Positions 51,801 through 64,000 of a stretch of DNA of 64,000 bases are shown in pieces (positions within the stretch are counted from its first letter, which is position 1; every line of letters starts with the position of its first letter). The notes under the pieces are model-generated. The model did no database searches and was not told the DNA's origin. It saw only the letters and a program-made list of their open reading frames with translations. A program made the translations under genes and the position numbers. This stretch comes from Euglena gracilis (lineage: Eukaryota): positions 4,516,714 through 4,580,713 of the forward strand of contig CP154954.1 of assembly GCA_039621445.1 (NCBI GenBank), written 5' to 3'.

Positions 51801-54800
51801 TGGTCATCCAGAATCCCACACCAGGTCACGCCCAGTCACGCCCAGTCACGCCCCAGTCACGCCACAGTCACGCCCCAGTCACGCCCCAGTCACTCCCCAG
51901 TCACGCCCCAGTCACGCCCCAGTCACGCCCCAGTCACACCACAAATCAGTTCATAGGTGCTTGGCCAGCACGAAGGTGCGGCTCCCAGCTGCCAGGAGGA
52001 GGGCCTCCGCCACGATGTCCACCGCAGCGTTGAGCCGGGGCCCGTACGGCGGCCCGGCAGGCGGCCGCCCACCCCTGATGGGCCCATGGGGTGTTGTGGG
52101 GTCCCCCCGGTCAAAGGAAAGACCCCCCCCAAAGAATAATGCCGGCACCTCCACCGGGAAAAAAAACAGCGCCCCCCCCCCCCCTCCGGGGTGATCAGGC
52201 GGGGTTGGAGTGACCCGTGTGAAACGTCAACGTGGGCCAACCAAAATTAAGAAAACGCCTTTTTTTGCTTAAAATGAAAGAAAAAATGGCGGAAAGCGGC
52301 CGTCCAATGAGACTGCCGGAGTCCACTGGAAGCGAGCGGCAATCTGGCCGGGGGGTCTCGGAGCCGGTGCGCGGCGGTGAACTGGGCGTACGTCGCAAGG
52401 AAGGCCACCCGCGGGGGGGCCCGGTGTCCTTCTTCGCCGAAGAGGGCAGCTTGGCAGAGGGGCGGAGAAGCTCTGGGGTGCAGCTTCTCTCCTTTATGAA
52501 AGGCATACCATGTGCAGAAAAAAACTTGTCTGAAGTGACATGGGGACGGTGTTGACCATGGTGGGTCAACAGGAACGATAAATGCTGGCCTCAGACTTAG
52601 TTTAATGGCACTCAAGACAACACACAAATAGAAAAAATAGATAAATAGGTGAACCAAAAATAATGTGAAATATTGTACACAGAATATGATGCAAGAACGT
52701 TGATATTTGCATAAAATAATCCAGCCAATCTCGTGATTGCGATTCTTGGGAAAACTGAAATAAAGATTCAGCCAGGGAATTCCTTGAGGGAGTCCCGAGG
52801 GCTGGCTGGAAAAAGGTGCTGGCTAGAACTCCTCCCCCCCCCCAGAATAGGTGGGGGTCGCTGAGCTCTTATCCCTTTATGGGTAAGAGCGAAGCTTACC
52901 ACCGTCGAAATCCCCCCCTCGACCCCCCCCCCCCCCCCCCCCCCCGGGTCGGGGCCACCAGGAGAACCGACGGATTATCACCATGATCCCGGCCCGGTTC
53001 CCGGAATTTTTTTTCAGTCGCGAGCGACTGGATTCCTAGTTTCCGAATCACCTGGGTTTGACCCCCAACTCCCCGCCAGGCCCGAGTTATTCACGCGCGA
53101 AGGGGTCCAAACTCGGTAGGATTTACCCGCCCCCCCTGGATGAGCCCCCCCCCCCTTTGGACTCTGCCATTTCGGCCAAAAAATGTCCATTTTCAAAATA
53201 TCTCCAAAATGAAGCCAAATCAAAGGAAATATCCGGAGACCTAATTTGAAGCCCTTGGAACGCCCCATCCACCGGTATTTTGATTTCCCCCCAACTCCTC
53301 GCCTAGCCCGAGATACGGCCATTTTCGGCGCAGCTGGCCGTTTTGTACACTTTTCCCTCTGTTCGACTTAGCCGTTTTCGGGGGGTGGGGGTCAAAAAAT
53401 CGATGTTTTCAAAATTTCTCGAAAATGATGCAAAATCAAAGGAAATGTCCGGAGACCTAAATTGAAGCCCTTGGGACGCTCTATCTACTGGGATTTTGGT
53501 TTTCCCGCAACTCCCCGCCCAGCCCGAGATACGGGCGTTTTTTTGGCCAATTTGGGCCATTTCAGGCCATTTTGTACACTTTTCCCTCTATTCGACTTAG
53601 CCGTTTTCGGCCAAAAAAGTCAAAAAAAATCGAGAAAAATTTTTTTGCCCGAAACGATGTTTTTTGGCCTCCCGGACCCGGAAAAACTGTTTTCGAGCCG
53701 AAAACGAGCGTTTTTCGACCCGCCGGCACCCCGTTTTGGGCCGCCGACCCATTGACTGTGGGTCAAAACCGGGTCAAATAAGTCGAAAAAAATCGAAAAA
53801 AATTTTTTGCCCGAAACGATGTTTTTTGGCCTCCCGGACCCGGAAAAACTGTTTTCGAGCCAAAAACGAGCGTTTTTCGACCCGCCGGCGCCCCGTTTTG
53901 GGCCGCCGACCCATTGACTTTGGGTCAAAACCGGGTCAAAAAAGTCGAAAAAAATCGAAAAAAAATTTTTTGCCCGAAACGATGTTTTTTGGCCCGGAAA
54001 AACTGTTTTCGAGCCGAAAACGAGAGTTTTCGACCCGCCGGCGCCCCGTTTTGGCCGCCGACCCATTGACTGTGGGTCAAAACCGGGTCAAATAAGTCGA
54101 AAAAAATCGAGAAAAAATTTTTTGCCCGAAACGATGTTTTTTGGCCTCCCGGACCCGGAAAAACTGTTTTCGAGCCGAAAACGAGCGTTTTTCGACCCGC
54201 CGGCGCCCCGTTTTGGGCCGCCGACCCATTGACTTTGGGTCAAAACCGGGTCAAAAAAGTCGAAAAAAATCGAAAAAAAATTTTTTGCCCGAAACGATGT
54301 TTTTTGGCCTCCCGGACCCGGAAAAACTGTTTTCGAGCCAAAAACGAGCGTTTTTCGACCCGCCAGCGCCCCGTTTTGGGCCGCCGACCCATTGACTGTG
54401 GGTCAAAACCGGGTCAAAAAAGTCGAAAAAAATCGAAAAAAAATTTTTTGCCCGAAACGATGTTTTTTGGCCCGGAAAAACTGTTTTCGAGCCGAAAACG
54501 AGAGTTTTTCGACCCGCCGGCGCCCCGTTTTGGCCGCCGACCCATTGACTGTGGGTCAAAACCGGGTCAAATAAGTCGAAAAAAATCGAAAAAAAATTTT
54601 TTGCCCGAAACGATGTTTTTTGGCCTCCCGGACCCGGAAAAACTGTTTTCGAGCCAAAAACGAGCGTTTTTCGACCCGCCGGCGCCCCGTTTTGGGCCGC
54701 CGACCCATTGACTTTGGGTCAAAACCGGGTCAAAAAAGTCGAAAAAAATCGAAAAAATATTTTTTTGCCCGAAACGCTGTTTTTTGGCCTCCCGGACCCG

Positions 54801-55738
54801 GAAAAACTGTTTTCGAGCCGAAAACGAGCGTTTTTCGACCCGCCCGCGCCCCGTTTTGGGCCGCCGACCCATTGACTTCGGGTCAAAACCGGGTCAAAAA
54901 AGTCGAAAAAAATCGAAAAAAAAATTTTTGCCCGAAACGATGTTTTTTGGCCTCCCGGACCCGGAAAAACTGTTTTCGAGCCGAAAACGAGCGTTTTTCG
55001 ACCCGCCGGCGCCCCGTTTTGGGCCGCCGACCCATTGACTGTGGGTCAAAACCGGGTCAAATAAGTCGAAAAAAATCGAGAAAAATTTTTTTGCCCGAAA
55101 CGATGTTTTTTGGCCTCCCGGACCCGGAAAAACTGTTTTCGAGCCGAAAACGAGCGTTTTTCGACCCGCCGGCGCCCCGTTTTGGGCCGCCGACCCATTG
55201 ACTGTGGGTCAAAACCGGGTCAAATAAGTCGAAAAAAATCGAGAAAAAATTTTTTGCCCGAAACGACGTTTTTTGGCCTCCCGGACCCAGAAAAACTGTT
55301 TTCGAGCCGAAAACGAGCGTTTTTCGACCCGCCGGCGCCCCGTTTTGGGCCGCCGACCCATTGACTGTGGGTCAAAACCGGGTCGAAAAAAGTCGAAAGA
55401 CCTCCATGGGGTGTGCCGGTATGTATGGAGGGGTCAATGAAGGGGTGGGTGCGCGCTTCAAGAGCTCAGCACTATTCAAAACCTGGTCCACGGGGGTCCT
55501 GGCTGCTGGGCTGGTCCCAGTTGCCACCCAAAAACAGCTGTATCCAGCTGCGTTGGATTTTTCTAGCCGAATCAGCCAAAAAATTCAATCCTAATGAAAC
55601 ATATTGGTAAGTGTTTGAACAGCTTCTTTAAATAAAACACATTTGTTTCTGATGTCGGATTAATATGCATTCATTCATATGGATTCATTCATTTGTAGTT
55701 GGTGCTGTGGTATGTGTGACTCTTTCAGCCACTGCAGG

Positions 55739-55792
<54 letters not shown>

Positions 55793-57245
55793 TGGTATAC
55801 TTGGTATATATATATATATATATATATGGGTATACACGTTTGGCAATTTTGCTGTGTGTTTGTGTGTGTGTGTGTGGCTGTTTGCAAAAAAAAAAGATGC
55901 GAATTGGTCCTTCGGCAGCACGAATTCGCCTACAAACTCTTCAACGCTTTCCCAGCAACCTTTGCAGGAATCCATTTCCGATTTGGCTGACATCGCCGCC
56001 ACGAAAGCGCCGGCGGCGCGCGAACAGATGCCTGCCCGCCCGTTGCCGTCCCGGCCCCTGCCGGGCAGCACAGAGCGACGCCCACTGCGGCGAGGCGGCG
56101 GGACGGCCTCGGGGCATGGCCTGCTGCCGCTCATCGACCCCGGGGGGGCATGGCCTGTGGGGCAGGACGCGCACACCGGTAGCCGGCCCGCCTGGCGGAC
56201 AACTTTGCCCAACCCATGGCCATGGGTTGGGCTGTCGGCTGCTACGGGACGGCCTGGTTGGTGGTCGCCCCATTTTCCATCTTCCATCTTCCATACCTGT
56301 ATATACATATGTATGTGTATATATACATATATATATATATATGTATGTATATATGTATGTATATATATGTATATGTATATGTATGTATGTATGTATGTAT
56401 ATGTGTGTATACATATATACACACATATATGTATATAGATAGATATACATATATATGTGTGTGTGTATACGTATATCTCTCTCTCCCATCTTTCAGAGCA
56501 CTGTGCAAGGTAAAAAGCGGCACCCAACAAATGACGGGAATAAAGACCTCCCCTCCCACTCGTAGGGTTGCTGAGGCGCCGGTTCGATCCAGTCTCTGGG
56601 GTGACAGGTCAAAGTTTGGCAAAAGCAGCAGCGGAGTGATAATGCAGCACCAGAGTTGCCCGAGAGCTTGTTATTGACTGGAGCAGCAGAGAAGTGGGGG
56701 AAGCGCACCATTGGGCAAACAGAAACTCAAGACACGAAAGCAGAGAACAAAATGAACAAAACACAATCGTTTTTGAATGCAGGAAAACCGTGGGGAGGGG
56801 AAGACCGCTGATTTTTTGGAGGAAAACCGCCACACCACCCAGCGCAAAAGAACAGCTGATCCGGAAGGGTGCTGACGGAGCGAAGAGCCTTCACCGGTGA
56901 CCCCTGCGTTTTCCTCCCGGCCTGCCAATTCCCTCGCGTGACACGTTTCCAGGGGCCGTGTTATGTCACTTCTGCGGGGTGCTGGAACATTGGAAACCAA
57001 CTCCACGGACAAGGGAGTGGCGTCCAAGGGGGGAAGAAGTGGGGTATTCACAGCACGCCACTGAAAATTGCAGCACAAGTCCGGGGAGATACATGAAAGA
57101 GTCAGGCCATGAGTGGCCGACGAGCCCCCATCTGAGGGAGCTTTAAAACACCAGCCGAGTGCACATCACAGCTGCACCGTCTGGGACGCCATGCCGACGC
57201 CCACCGTCTCAGCACTCGGCAGCACTCGGGCAGCTCGGCATACAT
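44450..57245 (-). CDS. Possible fifth multi-exon gene of unknown function
   Basis: GC-rich exon-like islands with open minus-strand frames at ~57170-57245, 55910-56130, 52280-52500, 51955-52070, 51700-51810, 49690-49860, 48225-48322, 45890-46050, 44450-44610 (e.g. [23 protein letters not shown]). No domain recognised and junctions not resolved. Confidence 0.35.
45249..45635. mobile_element. MITE with AACCCCCCAAATATAACCCCC TIR
   Basis: Left AACCCCCCAAATATAACCCCC mirrors right GGGGGTTATATTTGGGGGGGGGGGTT. Confidence 0.6.
48673..48915. repeat. (CGTG)n / (TG)n / (TA)n compound microsatellite
   Basis: Direct reading. Confidence 0.97.
51822..51940. repeat. Minisatellite (CCCAGTCACGC)n, 10-11-bp unit, ~11 copies
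   Basis: Direct reading. Confidence 0.95.
53165..53610. repeat. Two ~230-bp diverged direct repeats preceding the satellite; homologous to ~1675-1870
   Basis: Shared AAATCAAAGGAAAT.TCCGGAGACC.AA.TTGAAGC, TTTTGATTTCCCC, GCCCGAGATA, GACTTAGCCGTTTTCGG. Confidence 0.75.
53610..55397. repeat. Tandem satellite, ~163-bp unit, 11 copies
   Basis: CCCATTGACT anchor at 53748, 53910, 54062, 54225, 54388, 54541, 54704, 54868, 55031, 55194, 55357. Confidence 0.97.
55742..55827. repeat. (TA)n microsatellite
   Basis: Direct reading. Confidence 0.95.
56298..56475. repeat. (TA/TG/TATG)n low-complexity tract
   Basis: Direct reading. Confidence 0.95.
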
Positions 57246-57519
57246 GACACAAAAAAATTCGAAAAAAAACATTTGATTCAAGCACACACACGTGCACATC
57301 TTTAATTCTTTTTACCCTTGACCAAAGAGTCAAACCCCACTGTCAGACAAACCCAGAAAATGTCAGCAACAAACCCTTGATGTTTTTTGAATGGTCAACC
57401 AGAAAATCCGACTGGACTGATCGTCAGGGAGCCAACTGCTCTCGGGCTCCGACCCCAAAGGGAGTTGGGGGTGGGGGTGTAGAATATATGCATATGCCTG
57501 TGTGTGTGTGTGTACAGAT

Positions 57520-57945
57520 ACACACACACACACACATACATACATACATACATACATACATACATACATACATACATACATACATACATACATACATACA
57601 TACATACATACATACATACATACATACATACATACATACATACATACATACATACATACATACATACATACATACATACATACATACATACATACATACA
57701 TACATACATACATACATACATACATACATACATACATACATACATACATACATACATACATACATACATGCATGCATGCATGCATGCATGCATGCATGCA
57801 TGCATGCATGCATGCATGCATGCATGCATGCATACATACATACATACATACATACATACATACATACATACATACATACATACATACATACATACATACA
57901 TACATACATACATACATACATACATACATACATACATACATACAT
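57520..57945. repeat. (CATA)n-(CATG)n-(CATA)n tetranucleotide array
   Basis: Direct reading. Confidence 0.97.
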
Positions 57946-58165
57946 TGCATATATAAACCAACCCACCCATGGCTGCGAAAAAAAGACAAAGGGCGGGCGA
58001 AGGGAATGGCGTTGGAGCAAAGTGTCATGGCGCCCTTCTGGATGCAGTGCACGGGGAGAGGGAGATCAAAAGCAATGGCATTGCCTGGCCAGCTCTCCTC
58101 CAGTCCAGGCTTTGAGACGGAGCATCGACCATACATCTGTGCTCTACAGTGTCAGCTGACATGCT

Positions 58166-58575
58166 CAGGGGTGTTCTTAAGGACCCTGGGAGGGGGGGGC
58201 GGGGTCCCGCAGGCCGGCTGGAAAAAAGGTCCTGGCTGGACCCCCCTGGGGGGTGGGTGCTCCAGGGAGGTTCGAGCCCGAATGGCAGCTGGACCCGACA
58301 GCTGCCAAAATGCCCCCAAAAAAGTCCAAATCCAGGAGGGTTGGGATTTTTCAGCCAAATTTAGGTTGCAAAATCCCAAAAACCACCCAAAAAGGCCATT
58401 TTTGCCCATTTTTAGCCGCTGTTTCCAAAAACTTGGTCCAGGCCAAACGTTATTTCAACGAACCCCTGGGGGGGGGGGGTCAGCCCAGCTTGGAGGTGCT
58501 TGCTAGAAAAAAAAGGTGCTGGCTGTCTGGACCCCCCCAGGGGGTAGGGTCCCCTCCGGCTCAAGAAAACCCCTG
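58166..58575. mobile_element. hAT-like MITE
   Basis: CAGGGGTGTTCTT / AAGAAAACCCCTG; TSD GACATGCT / GCCATGCT 7/8. Confidence 0.85.
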
Positions 58576-61124
58576 GCCATGCTGGAGTCAGAGGTTCTTA
58601 AGCACTGGGGGAGGGGGGAAGAGGCACCCACCCGCCTCAGGGGTGCCCTGGGGGACCTCGGGGGGCCCCCAGGGGGACTGGACCCACTTTGGGGGCCACT
58701 TTTGGTCCGGTTCTGGGTCCAAAGAAAAACCCCCTGAGTGGGGTCTGCCCCATCGCGGTCAGTAATATGATCAAGCAAAAGGGTTAAATGGTTTTAAAGA
58801 CTGAAGCCTTGACCTGGAAAATCTGTGCAAAAACGGGTCCGCAAGCGTTACTCGAATGGTGGCGAGTGGTATGACTGTTAAAATAGATGTTTTATGTGGT
58901 ATGATTTTCAAGAAAGAACACCCACAAACACCACCGTGCATCCCTGTTTCGCGGACCGTCTTCTATGTGCTCCCTTTCACAAACGGAGCATATTTGTTTC
59001 GCTATAAAATCCAACACAAATGGTTTGTGTTGAAACTTGGGGGAGGGCTTAGAGTACAGAGCACACCTACCCCCCCCCTCTAGAAGCTGTCACCAAGCAA
59101 ATCAATGAGTGCACACATAGGGTGAAAATTTTCTGGGACACCCAGGGGTGGACTTTCCAACATGACAATTAGCGCAGTACCACAAATAATGTGTTGGTGA
59201 AATCATGAGTGCAACGCTACACAATCAAAAAATTTCAGCGTCCATCCGAAACATCCATCCATCCATTCATCCCATCAACCAACCAACGACTTTTGTGAGT
59301 ATCCGTGAACATGTGCAGGTGAAAATGCAGGTTGCGTTCAAACCAAGTCAATCCTGTCTGCCCTGGAATATAACGCGCCTTGCGGTAATGAAGGAGAGTC
59401 GGAAAGGGGCAGCACCTGACGTGAAGGCCTGCCACTGACAGCAGCAGTCACGCGCGACGCGGCAGGAGGATAGACCCCTGGACGAATGGATTGTGGGCGA
59501 CGATCGCATGGACCCCAGGGGGAGGCGGTAAGCGCCGCATGAGTCCGGTGTTGCCACGCCGAGAAAGTCCCTGGTTTGGCACAAATATACCCCATTTGGG
59601 GAGAGAAAGAGCACCCTTACCACCAACTTTCAGAGACAGTTTCCTTCATTGTCTTTTTTTCCGCTACGTTTTCAAAGGATAATTCCCAGGCAGCAGGCTG
59701 GGGAAGAAGGTCTGGAAACGAGACCTACGACTCGACCCATCCTCCCAGCACCACCACAGGTGCTGGTCATAGTACGGTGTGCCAAGTGCCAGAGACTTCA
59801 TGTAATTGGAAATGCAATGCAAAAAAAACAATAAATGCACCAAGGTAATTCCTCAAGGAAACTTCAACAATAGTATCGATAATATCATTATAAGTCAGGG
59901 AGGGGAACAAAACATGGACCCTCGGAAAACGGGACGCAAAAAAAACATAAAATAAACACAAAATAAACGCCAAAAATGCAAGTAGCATGTAAATTCCTGC
60001 AGAAGCTCCCCCCGGGATGTACATTTTCTGGTCGAGAGGAAGAATTATCACCCCCTTTTGGGGAAAAAATTCATTCTGCAACATTAAAAATTGTGCAACA
60101 TGAGTCATATTTGAGACAATGTTTCGCATTTTTAACAAAAAAAATAATTAAAATTAACACAACAAATATCAGCAAAAAAAATGCAAATTTTGCAAAAAAA
60201 ATGCAAATTGAGCAAAAAACTTTGAGCAAATTTCAAATTTTTGATTAAGTTTTGATGTATATTATTGCAAGACAGTTTTCTGGGTGGACTCTGACAGGGT
60301 CTCGGGGATAACAGTTTCCTGGGGGAGGGGGGTACTCTGGTGTGGAATCCGGCAGAATTAGTTGAAAAAGTTGCTGCCAAAATATGCAACAAATGCAAAA
60401 TATCCCAAATCTTGTTTTGCAAAAACTGCAAATCATCAGGGTTTTTCGGACGACGGAAAAAAAATGGTCCAATTTGTGAAACTTTCATTTTCCACCCTGA
60501 ATGGCTTTCACCTGAACAATCATTTTACAAAAAAACTGATATTGCCACAAATATCATCAAAATTTTGAAGTCAGGAGTCTAATTTGCGACGTGATCAGTA
60601 TCTTTGGGTCTTCCATTTCACCCATGAAATGTATGTGCATTGTAGCAAATCCTACCTCCACTCACATCAGGTCACAGGTGAAAGTGGTGTGCAGCGAAAC
60701 AAAGCAAAAAGCGTCGTACAAGGCGACTTCCATAACATACACGCAATGCAGTGCTCAAACCGGGAAGTGCTTTGCCTTTTGAGACAAATAAGAACACATT
60801 GAAAATGCCAGTGATTGACGGGTTGAACCCAGGCGAAAGTGCATGCCAGTGTCTCGAGTTGGAGAATGACGGCATAGCGTTTGTTGTGGTGCATGCAATC
60901 AAGGAAAGACGTGGTGTCCAACTGGCCTTGTACCTCCCCCCCTTGTCTAATAACCGTAAGAACCGGGGGGGTGCGTAAACTGCCGAATGTGCGTAAGGGC
61001 CAGGGGTTGTGCTGAGACAAGCGGGAAAATATTGACTGCAAAAAAAAAATCCGGCGCTTCGCGCCGAACAGGAAAAATACACCTCATTTTGGAGGCCCAC
61101 TGTTGAATTTACCGGCATTTGGAT

Positions 61125-61388
61125 CAGGGGTTTTTCTAAGGCGGGGGGGGGGGGGGGGCCCCCCCCACCCACCCACCCCCGGGGGGGGGGGGTCCGGGGG
61201 ACCCACAAAAAAATGGCCGAAAAATCGCGAAACGTACTAAAAATAGCATTTTTTCGGCGCCTTCGGCGCCGAAAAGTATATCCCACCTCCCTCCAGGGGG
61301 ACCCCCCCCGGGGGGGGGGGCTCAGCAGGACCAACCCACCCTACCCCCCCCTCCCCTCCCGGGGGTCCACGACTAAAAAAAAACCCTG
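61125..61388. mobile_element. Family-C MITE nested in another repeat
   Basis: TSD ATTTGGAT / ACTTGGAT 7/8; the empty site is visible in the paralogous repeat at 19342-19349. Confidence 0.9.
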
Positions 61389-64000
61389 ACTTGGATGCAA
61401 AAAAAAAATCAATCATATCAATCATCAACCATCAACCATATCTCACCAAATCAGGCTTCAGAAGTTTCTAAAATTTCGAAATTTTCCAGAAATTTATCTC
61501 ATGGACGCACAAGATAAGTCTCCCCAAGAAGATGACCTTTTAAAAGATGGTTCAGAACTGGGGGGTGGTGCTTAGACGAGGGTGAAACTTACACAAGGAG
61601 AGGTGAGGCATTTCAGAAAAGAAATGAATGAATAAAAAAAATGAATAAAGCAAGTTGTATTTCCTCCTTTTGGACAACGCCAAAATTTTGGGGCATGGTT
61701 TCAGGATTAGTCTCAAATTGTTCCAGTAACATAACATAACATCCCATGGTGATGGAAAGCCATTGGAAAGTTCCCAAACACCCATGCTGGGTTTTATGCA
61801 CCCTGTATGCTGCGGTGCTTTCAAAAGAAATGTTGATTTGTACATTTGCACACACCAACAAAGGAAAAATCCTTGAGTGCAAGTTGTGCCACCTAAATGC
61901 CTTCGAAGTTTCGAAACAAATTTTGTGAATGTAAGATATTTTGTTGATCAATTTTGCTCGAATTTCGGTCAGGCATGGCATATTACTTAGGAGGCACAAC
62001 AAACACAAGGTACTTTGTAAGGGTGAGTGCCAGTGTTTCAAATTCCTCTTCCAAATTGCTGTTCCATAAATGCTTGTGAAATTGTGCAAGTGGTGGGTGT
62101 GCGCAAATGGGCAAATGGTCTGCTTGCGCATCTGTGCAAACCGACCATTTTTCCAACTCTTCGCACACGTGCCGTTTAGAGGATGCGGCATCTCTGCAGT
62201 CCTTAAGTACAAATACAACTACCAGTACCCTCCGTCCTCCGACCGGGGGGGGGGGTGATCATTGGACATAGAGTTATGACCAAAAAGGTGTCCTCCGACC
62301 GGTCACTGGATAGAGTCAAAAAAAGTCGGCAGGTATCCACCAACCAAAAAAGAAATTTTTCCTTCCCACGCTTTGCACCAAAAAAAATGGGGCAATTCTG
62401 ACAAATTTTGCCAAAAAAAACTGGCAAAAATGACATTTTTGGCCAATTTTTCAACGATTTTGGACACAAATTTTTTTCGTCCTGGCACTTCGCACCTGGA
62501 CAAAAATTTTGCCAACCCTCCGAAAAGGTTCCGACCACGAGGGGGAGGTCGTTGGACATAGAGGGGTTGTTGGACATGGGGGGTAAAATAACTTCTTGGC
62601 ATCAGCAGTTGAACCTATGAAAAGAAAATTATTTCTAACCTCTGAAACACCAAAAATTCACTGCACTTCGAGGTTTTATCCTTAAAAAATGAGTTTAATG
62701 CAGGGGGAAATGTGCGAGCATTCTTTCAAAAATTATGCTGGATTATGCAGGAGTATGCTAATTATGCGGAGTAAAAGTGAACAGAATTGCTGTTGTTCGC
62801 ATTGATGTAAAATCGCAAACCTACAACTTTATCCTGAAATGCCAAAAAAAAACCCAAATTTGGCCCAGAAAAGCCCAAAAATGGCCTCATTGTTCCAATA
62901 AAATTAACCTAAATCGACCCAAAATGGCCCCAAAATGAACCGAAAACAACCCAAATTGGTCTCAAACGGGACTATGAGGAATTATGAAAAATGGGACATT
63001 GGACTGGAGATGGCTCTATCCCTGCTTTACACCTAAAGTTGTCTCAGGCTTTACACCTGAAAAGCTTGTTTGTGGGTGGCAAAAAAAGTGTGATTTTGAT
63101 GATTTTTTTTATAAATTGGGTGTCCTTTTTTGCATGTTTTTTTGAGTAATTTTAACATTTTAGTGATTTTGTGTTTTTTTTTGTGTCAGGTTTTAAGCAT
63201 TTTCCAAGGCCAGGCTTGCGCAGTTGCACCCCCCCCCGTACCTGGTTTTTACAACTGAGCAAATGTAATTTTTTGGGGTAATTGCAATTATTTTTGAGTG
63301 TAAAAATGCAGCCATTTTGGCCCCTATCATGCATCCATTTCTGATAAGCAAAAAATCACGTCAGGGTATGGTCCCAGTGAGGATGCATTTGCACAATCGC
63401 GCAAACAAAAACAAAAAAAGTTGCTTGTACAATTGCGCAAAGGGGTGTAAATTAAAGCAAAAATGGGGGTGAATCTCGAATAAAGCACAAAAATTAGTTT
63501 CAGAATTGGCGTGATTGCGAAAAAAAACTTCTAAAATGCTTCAGTGTGAAATAGACCGCCTGAGAATGAAACAGAGAATGCAACAGAAACATCGGGGAAA
63601 ACACAAAAATTGACGAAATTGTGAGGCAAAAGGGCATTCACTGTGAAAGCAGTCAAAATCTACAAAAAAAAGGTGCCTGGAGGGCCTGATGAAGCGTTTG
63701 GTCAGTTTTTGAGTCAGTCTTTGAGTCAGATATTGACCTTGAAAAATATGCAAAAAAATTATGCAGGATTATGGGGTCAAATTTTTTGGCCCCTGTATAA
63801 TGCTCAACTATAATCCTGCGGAGAGAAAAAATGCAGAAAATGATCCAAAAATGACACAAAATGTTCTCTGAAACAGAAAGCAACAGCTTAAAATGCCTTT
63901 CTGGGACTTTTATTTTCAGATTTTCCAAACAAAACATATTATGCAGTCCACATTTACCCCCCCCACACGATTTAGCAATTTAGTGCCCTTCACCCCTAGT

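Noticed and set aside
53610-55397. CRISPR-like regular repeat array
   Set aside because: No unique spacers; whole units repeat; no cas genes; eukaryotic context.
57363-58506. Long ORFs (up to 334 aa) here and at 42528-43375, 48521-49385, 55665-56677
   Set aside because: Stop-free frames produced by microsatellites.
60584-62260. Possible decayed transposase or other coding remnant (also 37315-38258, 46994-47560)
   Set aside because: Multiple stops and no DDE, BED finger, hATC or RT motif recognisable; a translated HMM search would be needed.
63686-63720. CTGATGA hammerhead-like core
   Set aside because: No downstream stem II plus GAAA.

Overview
Eukaryotic, repeat-rich nuclear DNA, most likely from a photosynthetic euglenid (inferred from non-GT-AG introns with CAG..CTG-paired ends and a Euglena class-I-type plastid presequence). 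Four multi-exon genes and a weaker fifth all lie on the minus strand: a MAPEG/MGST3-like glutathione transferase (runs off the left edge), a ubiquitin-like-domain protein, a SIRT4-like sirtuin, a plastid-targeted mTERF-repeat protein, and an unknown. The non-coding space is packed with short non-autonomous elements that have CAG/CAT..CTG/ATG terminal inverted repeats (TIRs) and 8-bp target-site duplications (TSDs), as in hAT-like MITEs; several are nested. Main result: the nonconventional introns have exactly the geometry 'element plus one 8-bp TSD, split 3 nt before the left TIR and 5 nt after the right TIR'. Two still keep a 7/8 or 8/8 TSD and resemble free MITE families in the same window, so these MITEs appear to be an intron-generating (introner-like) system. 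Also present: an 11-copy ~163-bp satellite, inverted intronic copies of a SIRT4 exon, and microsatellites. No rRNA, tRNA, CRISPR array or intact transposase was seen. Exon models were spliced by eye and several junctions are unresolved.
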